DNA from: Candidatus Saccharimonadales bacterium
GTDB lineage: Bacteria; Patescibacteriota; Saccharimonadia; Saccharimonadales; DATKHC01
Direction: 5' to 3'
NCBI GenBank assembly: GCA_038317055.1
Contig: JBBQBA010000003.1
Location: 11,850-75,849 of the forward strand
DNA: 64,000 nt
Shown here: piece after piece, positions 10,492-20,360 of the stretch
How the letters are laid out: each line of letters begins with the position of its first letter
How positions within the stretch are numbered: the first letter of the stretch is position 1
Program-made: the position numbers and the translations under genes
Notes under the pieces: generated by a model
The model's database searches: none
Told to the model about the DNA's origin: nothing
Seen by the model: the letters and a program-made list of their open reading frames with translations, nothing else

Positions 10492-10800
10492 ATGAAAAAA
10501 GCAGTAATTTTAACAGGTAGCAAGCAATACCTAGTCAGCGAAGGCGACTTGGTGGATGTTGAATTACTACATTCTAAAGAAAAAACTATAAGTTTTGACG
10601 CATTACTACTTATTAGTGATGATAAAACTACAGTCGGTGCTCCTCTAGTATCAGGCGTGAAGGTAACAGCCGAGATTGTTGAAGAAAATTTTAAAGCCGA
10701 CAAAGTAACTGCTATTAGATACAAAGCCAAAAAAAGAGTTCATAAAGTCCACGGTCATAGACAACAACTTTCAAAAATAAAGATTAAAGCAATTAAGTAA
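10492..10800 (+). CDS. rplU: 50S ribosomal protein L21
   Basis: The 102-aa protein starts MKKAVILTGSKQYLVSEGD and ends ...HGHRQQLSKIKI, as is typical of L21. Confidence 0.93.
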   Translation: MKKAVILTGSKQYLVSEGDLVDVELLHSKEKTISFDALLLISDDKTTVGAPLVSGVKVTAEIVEENFKADKVTAIRYKAKKRVHKVHGHRQQLSKIKIKAIK

Positions 10801-11112
10801 TACTTTTATTCATTATATCTGTGGATAACTAGATATAATTCATAATTAAATTGTAAATAATACTGGAAAATTAAGAAGTTAATATATTCGAAATATTAAT
10901 CGATATTAAGTATTAACAGGGTTATTACAGATTAAAAGGCTAGTAGCGTATGATTTATTACAACAATAAACATTTAAATTAGTCATATTTTATAATTATT
11001 TTTACTGAGTACAATTTTTATATTTTACTCTGTTCAATCTCTGTTGACGTCGCTATACTATATTACAGTTTTACAAAACAAAAAAAACTAAAACAAAAAA
11101 ACCAAAAACAAA

Positions 11113-14100
11113 ATGTCAAAGAATAAATCACTAAAATCTAAAATATTGAGATACGCAGTTATTTCTCTTTTTAGTTTAATATCTCTAAGTTTTATATTCA
11201 CGACAATACATCCAAGACAAGTAAATGCTAGTACAAACAGTTCATATCTAAATTTTCAAGCAAGACTATTGTCTGCATCAGGGGCAATTGTTCCAGATGG
11301 AAGTTATAACGTTGAATTTAAGCTTTACAATGTATTAAGTAGCTCAGGTTCTTCTCAGGGTAGTTGTACTGGAGATGCTGCTTGTGAATGGACCGAAACT
11401 TATACTGGTGCTAATGTTGTAACGGTTCAAAATGGTTATTTAAGTGTTAATTTGGGTAGTAATACCGCTTTTCCATCAACAATTAACTGGGAACAACCCC
11501 AGTGGTTGACAATGAGAATAGGTGGTGTAGGTGGATCTCCTTCTTGGGATGCGGAGATGAGTCCAAGAATTCAACTGACAGCACTACCTTATGCTTTCGT
11601 TGCTAGTCAGTTAGCAAATAATGCTGGGGGTAACAGACAAACTTTGAGTTTTACGGGGACGAATGCGGACACTCTACTCTTACCAGATGTTGCAGGAGCA
11701 ACACAAACCCTATGTACACTAGGCACAACAAGTAGTGCTTTCTCCTATCAGTGTGCTCCTTCTAGTGGCTCACAAAATTATGTCCAAAACACTGCTTCGC
11801 TGCAAGCAGGTACAACGAATTATAATATCTCTGGCACAGGAACTTCAGGAGCATTGAAGGTAAATTCAACTGGTTCAGTTAATGCTGTTCAGATTGTTAA
11901 CGCGGCTAGTGCTAACGTCTTAAATGTCGACACTACTAATGCTCGTATTGGCATAAATAATAGTTTTGCAACTATGACGGTTCCGACAGGACTAACATTA
12001 GGTCAGACAGCAGGAGGCTCACTCACCGCTCTAGCAACTTATAGATATAAAATAACTGCAATAGATAGCGCTGGTGGTGAAACTACAGCTTCAACTCCGG
12101 AACAAACAATTGCATTAACTGCGGGTAATAAGACCGTTACTTTATATTGGACAGCCGTATCCGGAGCATCGGGTTATAAAGTATATAGAACACTTGCAAA
12201 TGGTGCTACAAATACCGAAGTCTATCTTTCGACCGTAACAAGTAATTACAGCGTAACTAACAAAATCTCTGACACAGGGACTTTAACCGCTAGTGGAACA
12301 TCGCCTCCAGTATCTAATACTGCATATGCATCAACGAATAATTCCAATAGTGATTTACAACTTAGTGTTGGTGGACTTGGTACGCCTACAGGCCAAGTAT
12401 ATATATCTGGAATTTCTCCAAAGGACATTACAAATGGTGGATTTAGGGGTGCATTAAATCAACCTATAAAAAACTTTGTAAGTGGTAATTATGAATATGT
12501 ACCTGATCCTGGAATAAATAAACTATTTATTTATGATATTAGTAATCCTGCTAGCCCCGTTGATGTAACATCTGGCGGAGTAACTACAGGTGCTGCCCCA
12601 AGAGGAGTGTATGTATCAGGAAAGTATGCATATCTATCCGATTTCACTGCCAATAAACTTGAAATACTTGATGTGAGTAATCCAACAAGTCCCGTTAGTG
12701 TTGGATCAGTATCTATGGGTGCAAGCGCTACGACCTGGGATGTACGTGTTTCAGGATCATATGCTTATGTTTTAAATCTTGGCATAAATCAATTAACTAT
12801 CGTTAATGTAGCTAATCCATCAAATCCAACTATAAGCGGATCAATAACTGTGGGTACAGGTCCATCAGGAATTTCTATCATTGGTAACTATGCTTATTTA
12901 GTAGATTATACGGACAATTTATTTCAGGTTGTTAATATAAGCAACCCACTTAACCCAATTATAGTTGGGTCGATCTCAACCGGGGCTTCAACGGGTCCAA
13001 ATGATGTATACGTTCAAGGTCGTTATGCCTATGTTGCTGATTCTACTACCAACACATTCCAAATTATCGATATCAGCAACCCAGTATTACCCGTAATTGT
13101 TAGCACTACCACTAGCGGTAGTAATTCTTATTCTTTATATGTGCAGGGTCGCTATGCATATTTAACAGATCCAAATAACAATAAGTTACTTGTATATGAT
13201 GTTAGCAACCCTTATAAACCATTTGATGTTTCTGGCGGTGGAATGAGTACGGGTATAACGCCAACGTCTGTGTTCGTGCAGGGTCGCTATGCATACGTCG
13301 TTGACAGCGGCTCACCTGCGGCTATTCAAACATTTGACCTAGGCGGTGCTTACTCCCAACAACTTCAAGCTGGTGGTGCGGATTTTGGAACACTAACAGT
13401 AGATAGTAATGCTCAAATTTTAGGTTCTACTTCAATAATGGGAGGATTATCGGTTTCCAACGGTCTACTTGTAAATGGTACGGTAGGTATTAGTGGTAAT
13501 GAGAATATTAATGGTGGTATTAGCTTAACTGGGTTGACCACACCCGTTACAGGTCCGACTATAGCCAGGACAGGAGGGGTGAATAATAGTGTTACTTACA
13601 CCTATGTCTATACGGCAGTTAACGGCAGTGGTGGCCAAACTTTAATTTCGCCTACGGGTACAACAGCAACAGGTGATACTTTTGCTAATATGATAGCTTC
13701 CAGTGGAAGTATATATAATCTTATAACCATGCCAGCTTCAGCAGTAACCGGAGCTGTAGGTTATGACATTTATAGAACTGTTGGGGGCACATCACAGGGT
13801 CTAATTGGTTATGTATCTGCAAGTTCTAGCGCAATATTTAAAGATACTGGTCTTGCTGCATCTGGTTCTACTCCTACTACAAATACCTCAGCTAATTATT
13901 CACAGGCTACAACTTCTAACACTGCATTCCAAATCGAAAATGTATCTGGAACCAACATTTTTGGTGTAGATACTTTGGGTAATAATATAAATATTGGCAC
14001 AGCTAGTAGTGCAACTGCTACTATAGTTCTGGCTAATTCAAGTAGTCCATATACAATTGGAATTAACGCCGGAAATACACAACTAGCTAGTTATACGCTT

Positions 14101-17100
14101 ACCCTACCAACAGTTGCGCCTACCGCTGGTCTTTGTCTAGAATCTGGTAGTACTACGGCAAGTCAATTAGCATTTGCTAACTGTTCATCATCCGCCAATA
14201 TTAGCTATGTTCCGGGTAGCGAATCAGATGTTTACGGTACCAGTCCAACTACAGTTAACTCACTAAGCACATATACTGCTCAAAACATCGGTGACTTATT
14301 AGTATTAAATACACAATTACCTAACGGTGCAACCTCGATTAGCTCAGTTACAAGTTCAAATGCTACATGGACTTTAGCAAAACTTACAGGACCTGCAGCT
14401 GGCGGTTCAAACTACGTTGCAATGTATTATGGGGTTGTAACTAGTTTAAGTAGCAGTAATATTACTGTAACCTATAATACTGCCGGTACAGGTAATAATG
14501 AAATAGCTGTCACTGAATATACAGCACCTGGTATTAATTCTAATTCAACCTGGGGACTAGTTTCATCGGCAGGTAAATCAGTCTCAGCATCAACTACGAC
14601 CATTACTTTCCCTACGCTTACCTCTACATATGCTGGATTGGCCTATATCGGTTATGCACAGAGTGGATCGGGTAGTACTGGATCGGGATGTGTTACGACT
14701 GGATTTACATGTATACCAACCGTTAATAAGACCACTAACCCAGATAATGTAATTACTTATAACACAAACACCATTGGTGGAGGTGCATCAATAGCACCAG
14801 TGGCTACTCAGTCTAATAGCCAGTACAACTCAGTAGCTGGTATGTTTACGGTATTCGTTAACAGCAACTCTATAAACAATTCAACGACAACGCAAAAAGG
14901 TAATTTCAATGTCCAGGCAGCAAGTTCTGGAAGTGTAGCGGGTGTACTTCAGGGGAATGTCGCTGGTACGGCTGACATTTTAGACCTGGAAGCAGGAACA
15001 GGTACTCTAACTGATACATTCAGTAGTACAGGAGCTCTATCAACTAGTGGTATAGGTGCTCCAACTTCAGTAATTGCCGAGTCTGCGCCTAGCCCAATAA
15101 GTGGCAGCGCATTAGCATTCGGATCATGTAGTGCTTCTTGTACTAACTGGATTTACAGAATTGTAGCAATTGATCAGAACGGAGCACCCACACCAGTTTC
15201 AACTAGCTATACCTCTGTTAATGCTTGCAATACTTTAACTTTTGCTTGTTCTTTGTCACTCAATATTCCTGCTTATACTGGGGCAAAGTCATATAAGATT
15301 TACAGAGTCGGTTATAGTGGTACTGCGCCTACATTAGGAGTTTCAAGTGATACCTTTGGCCTGATTGGCATTACCGGATATTCTGGTGCGGCCGCCTTTA
15401 TTGATAGTGGTATTCAAGCTACTTCACCTACGCCTACCATTGGTTCTGCTATAGGTAGCGCAACTGTAACTTATGCATTTGAAGTATCAGCAATTGATAG
15501 CAATGGTAATGAAAGTCCTGCTTCAACCCAAGTAACTGATACATTAACGACGAATACTACGCCGCTAGGAGTAACTGTATCTTGGGCTCCAGTAGCAGGA
15601 GCTCGTTCATATATTGTATTTGAAGGGAGTTGTAATACTGTCGCATGTACAGTAACACCGGCTTCAACACTGCCGATTGCTGCGGTGTATACAAATTCGT
15701 TACAATATACCGGAGCGGCATGTACATTACCTGGATTCTTTTGTTTCATAAATCCAACGCTAATATCGGGTAATGCATATAACAATGTTTTGAGTACTAG
15801 CGGGAACGGTTCATTTAACAGCCTTACATTAACTCCACAAAATAACTCGCAAATTACTATAGGTGTAGCATCAGGACAGAGTTCATTTGGACAGTTAGAC
15901 GTTGCGGGCACAGTACCTTATCAGACAACCGGTAGCATAAATACTGTTAGTGAGAGCTTATCTGGAGGACTATTAGTAACATCATCTATAACACCAATTG
16001 ATTCTTTCGTACAAGGTAACTACGACTACGTAATTGGTTCTAATAATACGATGGATATTATCGATATATCAAACCCTGCATTTCCAACCTTATTGAGTAC
16101 CTATACATTTAGTGGTTTTATCAGCAACCCTACTTCAATTTACGTACAGGGAAATTATGCGTATGTCACTACCTCACTATTAGGGTTGGTGGTATTGATA
16201 AACGTATCAGACCCTGCTAATCCTACGTTATCTTCATCCTATACTAACCCTACAACAGCGGGAGCCCAGAACATCTATGTACAAGGAAATTATGCGTATG
16301 TCACAAATTACGGTACAAACTCACTCACTATTACAAATATATCAAATATAACTGGTGGTACGGCTGGCAATGCGGTTACTTATACTACACCTAACATGAT
16401 TGACCCTATATCTGTGGTTGTAAAAGGCAGCTATGCCTATGTATTGGCAACCAACTCTATCAACAATTATTCATATAACTTTATATTTAATGTCTCAAAT
16501 CCAAATAGTGCTTACTTTGTTAGTAGTGCACTAGTATATAATCTATCGAATCCGACCATCGGTCAGGAATATGTACAAGGGAAATATATATATTCTACTG
16601 GAGAAATTAGCGGTAGTAGTTATTTATCGATCTCTGATATTAATAATCATATTTATCCAACTAGTGTTAGTTATACAAACCTTACAAGTCCGTCTGGAGG
16701 TGCTGTCGTACCTACGTCTTTATATGTACAGGGTAATTATGCTTTTGTGGGTGAAAATAACACTAAAATTCAAGTTTTTGACATATCCAATCCGGCATTG
16801 CCGTTGTCTGTAGGTTACATTCCAACTAGTTCTAATCCGTCTAGCATCTCTATCCAAGGTCGCTACGCATACATAACCACAACAAACTCTTTGCAGGTAT
16901 TTGATCTAGGGGGTGCTTACATACAACAACTACAGGCTGGTGGAGTACAAGCTAGTACTTTACAGGTAGATGACAATACCAACTTAGGTGGGGATTTAGC
17001 TGTTGGTGGAGGCTTAACAGTATCAGGACCTACTTCCTTACAAAGTAACTTGACCGTAGATGGCAATGCTATTTTTAGAAACAGTACTGATACTGTAGGG

Positions 17101-20100
17101 GCATTCCAAATTTTGAATGCAGCCGGAACAGCAACTCTATTAAATATAGATACTGCCTCAAGTGGAACAGTAAGTTTAGATAACTCAGGGTTAGCCGGAA
17201 CCTTAAACATTGGAAATAATGGAGCTGCTGGCAATGTGGCACAATCTATAAATATAGGAACAAATACAAGTGCAACTTCAACAAGTAACGTTACAGTAGG
17301 CTCAACTATAGCCTCGGGGACAACTACACTTCAGGCGGGAGGGGCTAGTGTGTCCTTGGTCACAGGTGGAGTCACTGTTAATAATAGCGGGATAACGCTA
17401 AACGCTTTCCAAGTTACTAACGCAGCTGGATCAAGCTTACTAAATGTTAATACATTCAATAGTCAGGTAAATGCTAACCAGTTAGTAGTTGGATTTATAA
17501 AAGTTATGTCTCAACCTGCTGCTCCTACTACAGCTACCTATAGCGGTACTGCTGGTACTACCAACTATACATACAAAATAGCTGCAGTTGATGCAAACGG
17601 TGCAACTACTATTGCCTCACCTCTAAAAATAACTACTACTACAGCTAATGCCGCTCTTAGTACAACCAATAAGGTAACACTAGGCTGGGCAACATCTTTT
17701 AATGCGGTTAGCTATAATATATATAGAACTGCTACCGGTGGAACAGCAGCAACTGGTACTGGTGCAACTCTGGGTCTAATAGGTACATCTACAACTACAT
17801 CGTTTGTTGACACAGGTTATCCAGCCTCTGGTACAACACCAACTAGTGTGGGTTCATTAGGGACAGGTGTCACTTATTGGTTTAAAGTAACAGCTATAGA
17901 TGCACAAGGTAACGAGTCTATTGGAACTGAAACTAGTGGCGCAACTACGACAGGTCTAGCCACAACAGCTTTAAGCGTGTCATGGGCTCCAATCGTGGGC
18001 GCAAGGTCATATAATGTTTACTATGGGACCACTTCTGGTGGAGAAACTCACGGCTACTTCAGTACTACTAATAATGGCTATATTTTTACGACAACTGCTG
18101 GCACTACTGCTGGTGCTATACCAACTACCAGTTATGCATTTGCAAACACGCTTAGTTCAGGTGGATTTTCTCAGATAAACATAGGTGGATATAATCAAAC
18201 TTCGGCTGCAAGTGGTGTTGGTACTTTGTTTGTAGCAGGCAATGTACCAGTTACGAATGTTGGAAGCATTAATATGACAAGCTCTGCTGCAGGAGCTGGC
18301 TTTGCAGTAGCTGGCAATTACTCTTATGTAACTAGTACTGCTAATAATAACTTCCAGATATTTGACATTAGTAATCCAGCTAGCCCGATTGCAGTTAATG
18401 GTACCGGTACTGCTACAAACACAGGTCCTTCAAATATTATAGTGTCAGGTAACTACGCATATGTTTCTACTACCACTACTCTAGAAATATTCAATATATC
18501 CAACCCTGCCAGCCCTAGTCTAAGCGGACAGATAAGTACTGGAGCCGGAACCTCAGCATATATAGATGCAGTTCAAGGTAAATATGCATACGTTTCTGAT
18601 ACGGGTACAACTACAACTAGTTCATTCCAGATATTCAATATATCCAATCCAGCAACGCCGGTTCTATCGGGAAGTAGCGGTGTTGCATCAACATATGGAT
18701 CTCCAAACGGTGCATTTATACAGGGTAATTATGCATACGTGGCTTATAGCTTATCAACTAGTCCTTACACGGGATCTCTACAGATATTCAATATATCCAA
18801 CGCAGCCGCACCTTCCAGCGTTTCAAGTATTTATACCAGTTCAACAAATACTAAAAATGTTTATGTACAAGGGAATTACGCCTATGTTACTAACTATGGA
18901 ACTAATGGCACTGGTGCCAATGCTTCGCTACAGATATTTAATATATCCAATCAAAGCACACCATCTATAGTTAGCAATACTGCACTATCTGGTAACTGTG
19001 GTCCAAATACTACTATTGTCCAAGGACGATTCGCGTATGTGGATTGTTCTGGTTGGAACTCAGCCAGCCCAGCAACATCAAATCTTATGCAGATATTTGA
19101 TGTCAGTAACCCTGCCAGTCTAACCAATGTTGGAAACGATGATAGTAATACTGCATCAACATCAATTCGAGCACTGCATGTTCAGGGGCGATATATATAT
19201 TTGACCACTACTACTGGTGGTTTCCAGATTTTAGATCTTGGTGGTGGTTACGTACAACAGCTTCAGTCCGGAGGAACAGAGACTGGAACAATATTAGTAG
19301 ATAACGATTCAACAATTCTGGGTAGTGAATCAGTCGCCGGTAGTCTAAATGTTTCAGGCTCTACATTAGTAAATGGAGACTTATCAGCTAGTGGGTCATC
19401 TACTTTCCAAGACAATACTAATTCTTCTACCGCTTTCACTATTAATGCTGCAGGATCGGCGGCTTTATTAACAGCAGATACTAGTGGTTCGCAAATTATA
19501 CTTGGAAACCAAACGTCGTTCGGTGGAAAGATAACTTTTAATGATGGTTCAAGCAGTAATCAAATTAGCTTATCAGCGAACGGAACCTCAGTTGGATATA
19601 GCTTAGTACTTCCTACATCGGCACCCGTAACAGGTCAATGTCTACAAACAGGAACTATAAGTACAACAGTACAATTAGTTTGGGGTGGTTGTAGTGGTTC
19701 GCATCCTAGAACAATTAATCTCACGGCCGAGTATTCAGGGGCTATTCTAGATGGTTCACTAACTTCGCCTAACAACGTAGGAACTATGACTTCAGGTATA
19801 GATACATCGGCTGACTTTGGTTCAACTGGCTATAGTTCGATGAACTACTATAACTGGAATACCGGTAACACGGCTAGTGCAGAATCTTATGACGTAGTAG
19901 CACAAATTCCAATACCTACTGATTGGAGTAGTTGGGCAGCTACTAATCCTTTGAGCATCACCGTATGGAGTTCTACGACTACAGCAGGTTCAGTTAAGGC
20001 CCAAGTATTTGATACCACAAACTCAGCTTCGTCATTAACCGATATTACTCCTGGATCGACAAATACTTGGGCGGTAAGTAATCCTAGTTTGTTAGGTGGT

Positions 20101-20229
20101 ACATATACTGCAAGTACATCTTCAACAACTAAGTTTATGACAATAAGAATTAGGCTCACTAATCCTTCTGGTAGTATTCAAAACATAAGAGCAGGTAACA
20201 TAACCTTAAGCTATAACAGCAGCTTCTAG
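11113..20229 (+). CDS. giant secreted/surface protein (3038 aa): signal peptide, FN3-like domains, three 7-unit LVIVD-type beta-propeller arrays, stalk-like G/N/S/T-rich segments
   Basis: One uninterrupted ORF. The N-terminus has a basic segment, a hydrophobic segment and VNA-ST. It contains 21 copies of the G(N/R/K)YAYV...(I/V)xD(I/V)SNPxxP unit in three blocks, plus repeated FN3-like YxYKItAiDxxG(n)ES...Y(k/n)(v/i)YRT segments. Composition is dominated by S/T/N/G/A. Confidence 0.85.
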   Translation: MSKNKSLKSKILRYAVISLFSLISLSFIFTTIHPRQVNASTNSSYLNFQARLLSASGAIVPDGSYNVEFKLYNVLSSSGSSQGSCTGDAACEWTETYTGANVVTVQNGYLSVNLGSNTAFPSTINWEQPQWLTMRIGGVGGSPSWDAEMSPRIQLTALPYAFVASQLANNAGGNRQTLSFTGTNADTLLLPDVAGATQTLCTLGTTSSAFSYQCAPSSGSQNYVQNTASLQAGTTNYNISGTGTSGALKVNSTGSVNAVQIVNAASANVLNVDTTNARIGINNSFATMTVPTGLTLGQTAGGSLTALATYRYKITAIDSAGGETTASTPEQTIALTAGNKTVTLYWTAVSGASGYKVYRTLANGATNTEVYLSTVTSNYSVTNKISDTGTLTASGTSPPVSNTAYASTNNSNSDLQLSVGGLGTPTGQVYISGISPKDITNGGFRGALNQPIKNFVSGNYEYVPDPGINKLFIYDISNPASPVDVTSGGVTTGAAPRGVYVSGKYAYLSDFTANKLEILDVSNPTSPVSVGSVSMGASATTWDVRVSGSYAYVLNLGINQLTIVNVANPSNPTISGSITVGTGPSGISIIGNYAYLVDYTDNLFQVVNISNPLNPIIVGSISTGASTGPNDVYVQGRYAYVADSTTNTFQIIDISNPVLPVIVSTTTSGSNSYSLYVQGRYAYLTDPNNNKLLVYDVSNPYKPFDVSGGGMSTGITPTSVFVQGRYAYVVDSGSPAAIQTFDLGGAYSQQLQAGGADFGTLTVDSNAQILGSTSIMGGLSVSNGLLVNGTVGISGNENINGGISLTGLTTPVTGPTIARTGGVNNSVTYTYVYTAVNGSGGQTLISPTGTTATGDTFANMIASSGSIYNLITMPASAVTGAVGYDIYRTVGGTSQGLIGYVSASSSAIFKDTGLAASGSTPTTNTSANYSQATTSNTAFQIENVSGTNIFGVDTLGNNINIGTASSATATIVLANSSSPYTIGINAGNTQLASYTLTLPTVAPTAGLCLESGSTTASQLAFANCSSSANISYVPGSESDVYGTSPTTVNSLSTYTAQNIGDLLVLNTQLPNGATSISSVTSSNATWTLAKLTGPAAGGSNYVAMYYGVVTSLSSSNITVTYNTAGTGNNEIAVTEYTAPGINSNSTWGLVSSAGKSVSASTTTITFPTLTSTYAGLAYIGYAQSGSGSTGSGCVTTGFTCIPTVNKTTNPDNVITYNTNTIGGGASIAPVATQSNSQYNSVAGMFTVFVNSNSINNSTTTQKGNFNVQAASSGSVAGVLQGNVAGTADILDLEAGTGTLTDTFSSTGALSTSGIGAPTSVIAESAPSPISGSALAFGSCSASCTNWIYRIVAIDQNGAPTPVSTSYTSVNACNTLTFACSLSLNIPAYTGAKSYKIYRVGYSGTAPTLGVSSDTFGLIGITGYSGAAAFIDSGIQATSPTPTIGSAIGSATVTYAFEVSAIDSNGNESPASTQVTDTLTTNTTPLGVTVSWAPVAGARSYIVFEGSCNTVACTVTPASTLPIAAVYTNSLQYTGAACTLPGFFCFINPTLISGNAYNNVLSTSGNGSFNSLTLTPQNNSQITIGVASGQSSFGQLDVAGTVPYQTTGSINTVSESLSGGLLVTSSITPIDSFVQGNYDYVIGSNNTMDIIDISNPAFPTLLSTYTFSGFISNPTSIYVQGNYAYVTTSLLGLVVLINVSDPANPTLSSSYTNPTTAGAQNIYVQGNYAYVTNYGTNSLTITNISNITGGTAGNAVTYTTPNMIDPISVVVKGSYAYVLATNSINNYSYNFIFNVSNPNSAYFVSSALVYNLSNPTIGQEYVQGKYIYSTGEISGSSYLSISDINNHIYPTSVSYTNLTSPSGGAVVPTSLYVQGNYAFVGENNTKIQVFDISNPALPLSVGYIPTSSNPSSISIQGRYAYITTTNSLQVFDLGGAYIQQLQAGGVQASTLQVDDNTNLGGDLAVGGGLTVSGPTSLQSNLTVDGNAIFRNSTDTVGAFQILNAAGTATLLNIDTASSGTVSLDNSGLAGTLNIGNNGAAGNVAQSINIGTNTSATSTSNVTVGSTIASGTTTLQAGGASVSLVTGGVTVNNSGITLNAFQVTNAAGSSLLNVNTFNSQVNANQLVVGFIKVMSQPAAPTTATYSGTAGTTNYTYKIAAVDANGATTIASPLKITTTTANAALSTTNKVTLGWATSFNAVSYNIYRTATGGTAATGTGATLGLIGTSTTTSFVDTGYPASGTTPTSVGSLGTGVTYWFKVTAIDAQGNESIGTETSGATTTGLATTALSVSWAPIVGARSYNVYYGTTSGGETHGYFSTTNNGYIFTTTAGTTAGAIPTTSYAFANTLSSGGFSQINIGGYNQTSAASGVGTLFVAGNVPVTNVGSINMTSSAAGAGFAVAGNYSYVTSTANNNFQIFDISNPASPIAVNGTGTATNTGPSNIIVSGNYAYVSTTTTLEIFNISNPASPSLSGQISTGAGTSAYIDAVQGKYAYVSDTGTTTTSSFQIFNISNPATPVLSGSSGVASTYGSPNGAFIQGNYAYVAYSLSTSPYTGSLQIFNISNAAAPSSVSSIYTSSTNTKNVYVQGNYAYVTNYGTNGTGANASLQIFNISNQSTPSIVSNTALSGNCGPNTTIVQGRFAYVDCSGWNSASPATSNLMQIFDVSNPASLTNVGNDDSNTASTSIRALHVQGRYIYLTTTTGGFQILDLGGGYVQQLQSGGTETGTILVDNDSTILGSESVAGSLNVSGSTLVNGDLSASGSSTFQDNTNSSTAFTINAAGSAALLTADTSGSQIILGNQTSFGGKITFNDGSSSNQISLSANGTSVGYSLVLPTSAPVTGQCLQTGTISTTVQLVWGGCSGSHPRTINLTAEYSGAILDGSLTSPNNVGTMTSGIDTSADFGSTGYSSMNYYNWNTGNTASAESYDVVAQIPIPTDWSSWAATNPLSITVWSSTTTAGSVKAQVFDTTNSASSLTDITPGSTNTWAVSNPSLLGGTYTASTSSTTKFMTIRIRLTNPSGSIQNIRAGNITLSYNSSF
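12430..13350 (+). repeat. LVIVD-type repeat array 1 (7 units; predicted 7-bladed propeller)
   Basis: The units are GNYEYV, GKYAYL, GSYAYV, GNYAYL, GRYAYV, GRYAYL and GRYAYVV. Each is followed by xLxIxDVSNPxxP; the array ends in FDLGGAYSQQLQAGG (13333-13377). Confidence 0.75.
15970..16944 (+). repeat. LVIVD-type repeat array 2 (7 units)
   Basis: The units are GNYDYV, GNYAYV, GNYAYV, GSYAYV, GKYIYS, GNYAFV and GRYAYI, ending in FDLGGAYIQQLQAGG (16900-16944). Confidence 0.75.
18265..19275 (+). repeat. LVIVD-type repeat array 3 (7 units)
   Basis: The units are GNYSYV, GNYAYV, GKYAYV, GNYAYV, GNYAYV, GRFAYV and GRYIYL, ending in LDLGGGYVQQLQSGG (19231-19275). The array contains near-identical approximately 17-20-nt DNA repeats. 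Confidence 0.75.
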
Positions 20230-20360
20230 ATATTAGTCGTAATATTAGCAATTATTGGGCTTAACTTAATACAAACCTAGGCTGTTATCATGCTTGTACT
20301 TAATAAGCTGTCATGACACAATATATAGAGGTAAAAGTATATTTTTTATAACTCAGATTT

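Noticed and set aside
10820-10828. A perfect DnaA-box (TGTGGATAA, the complement of TTATCCACA) lies in the 312-bp AT-rich gap after rplU, considered as oriC together with the nearby parAB.
   Set aside because: There is only a single consensus box and no cluster. No dnaA or dnaN is adjacent, and there is no coding-strand switch here. That is not enough to call an origin.
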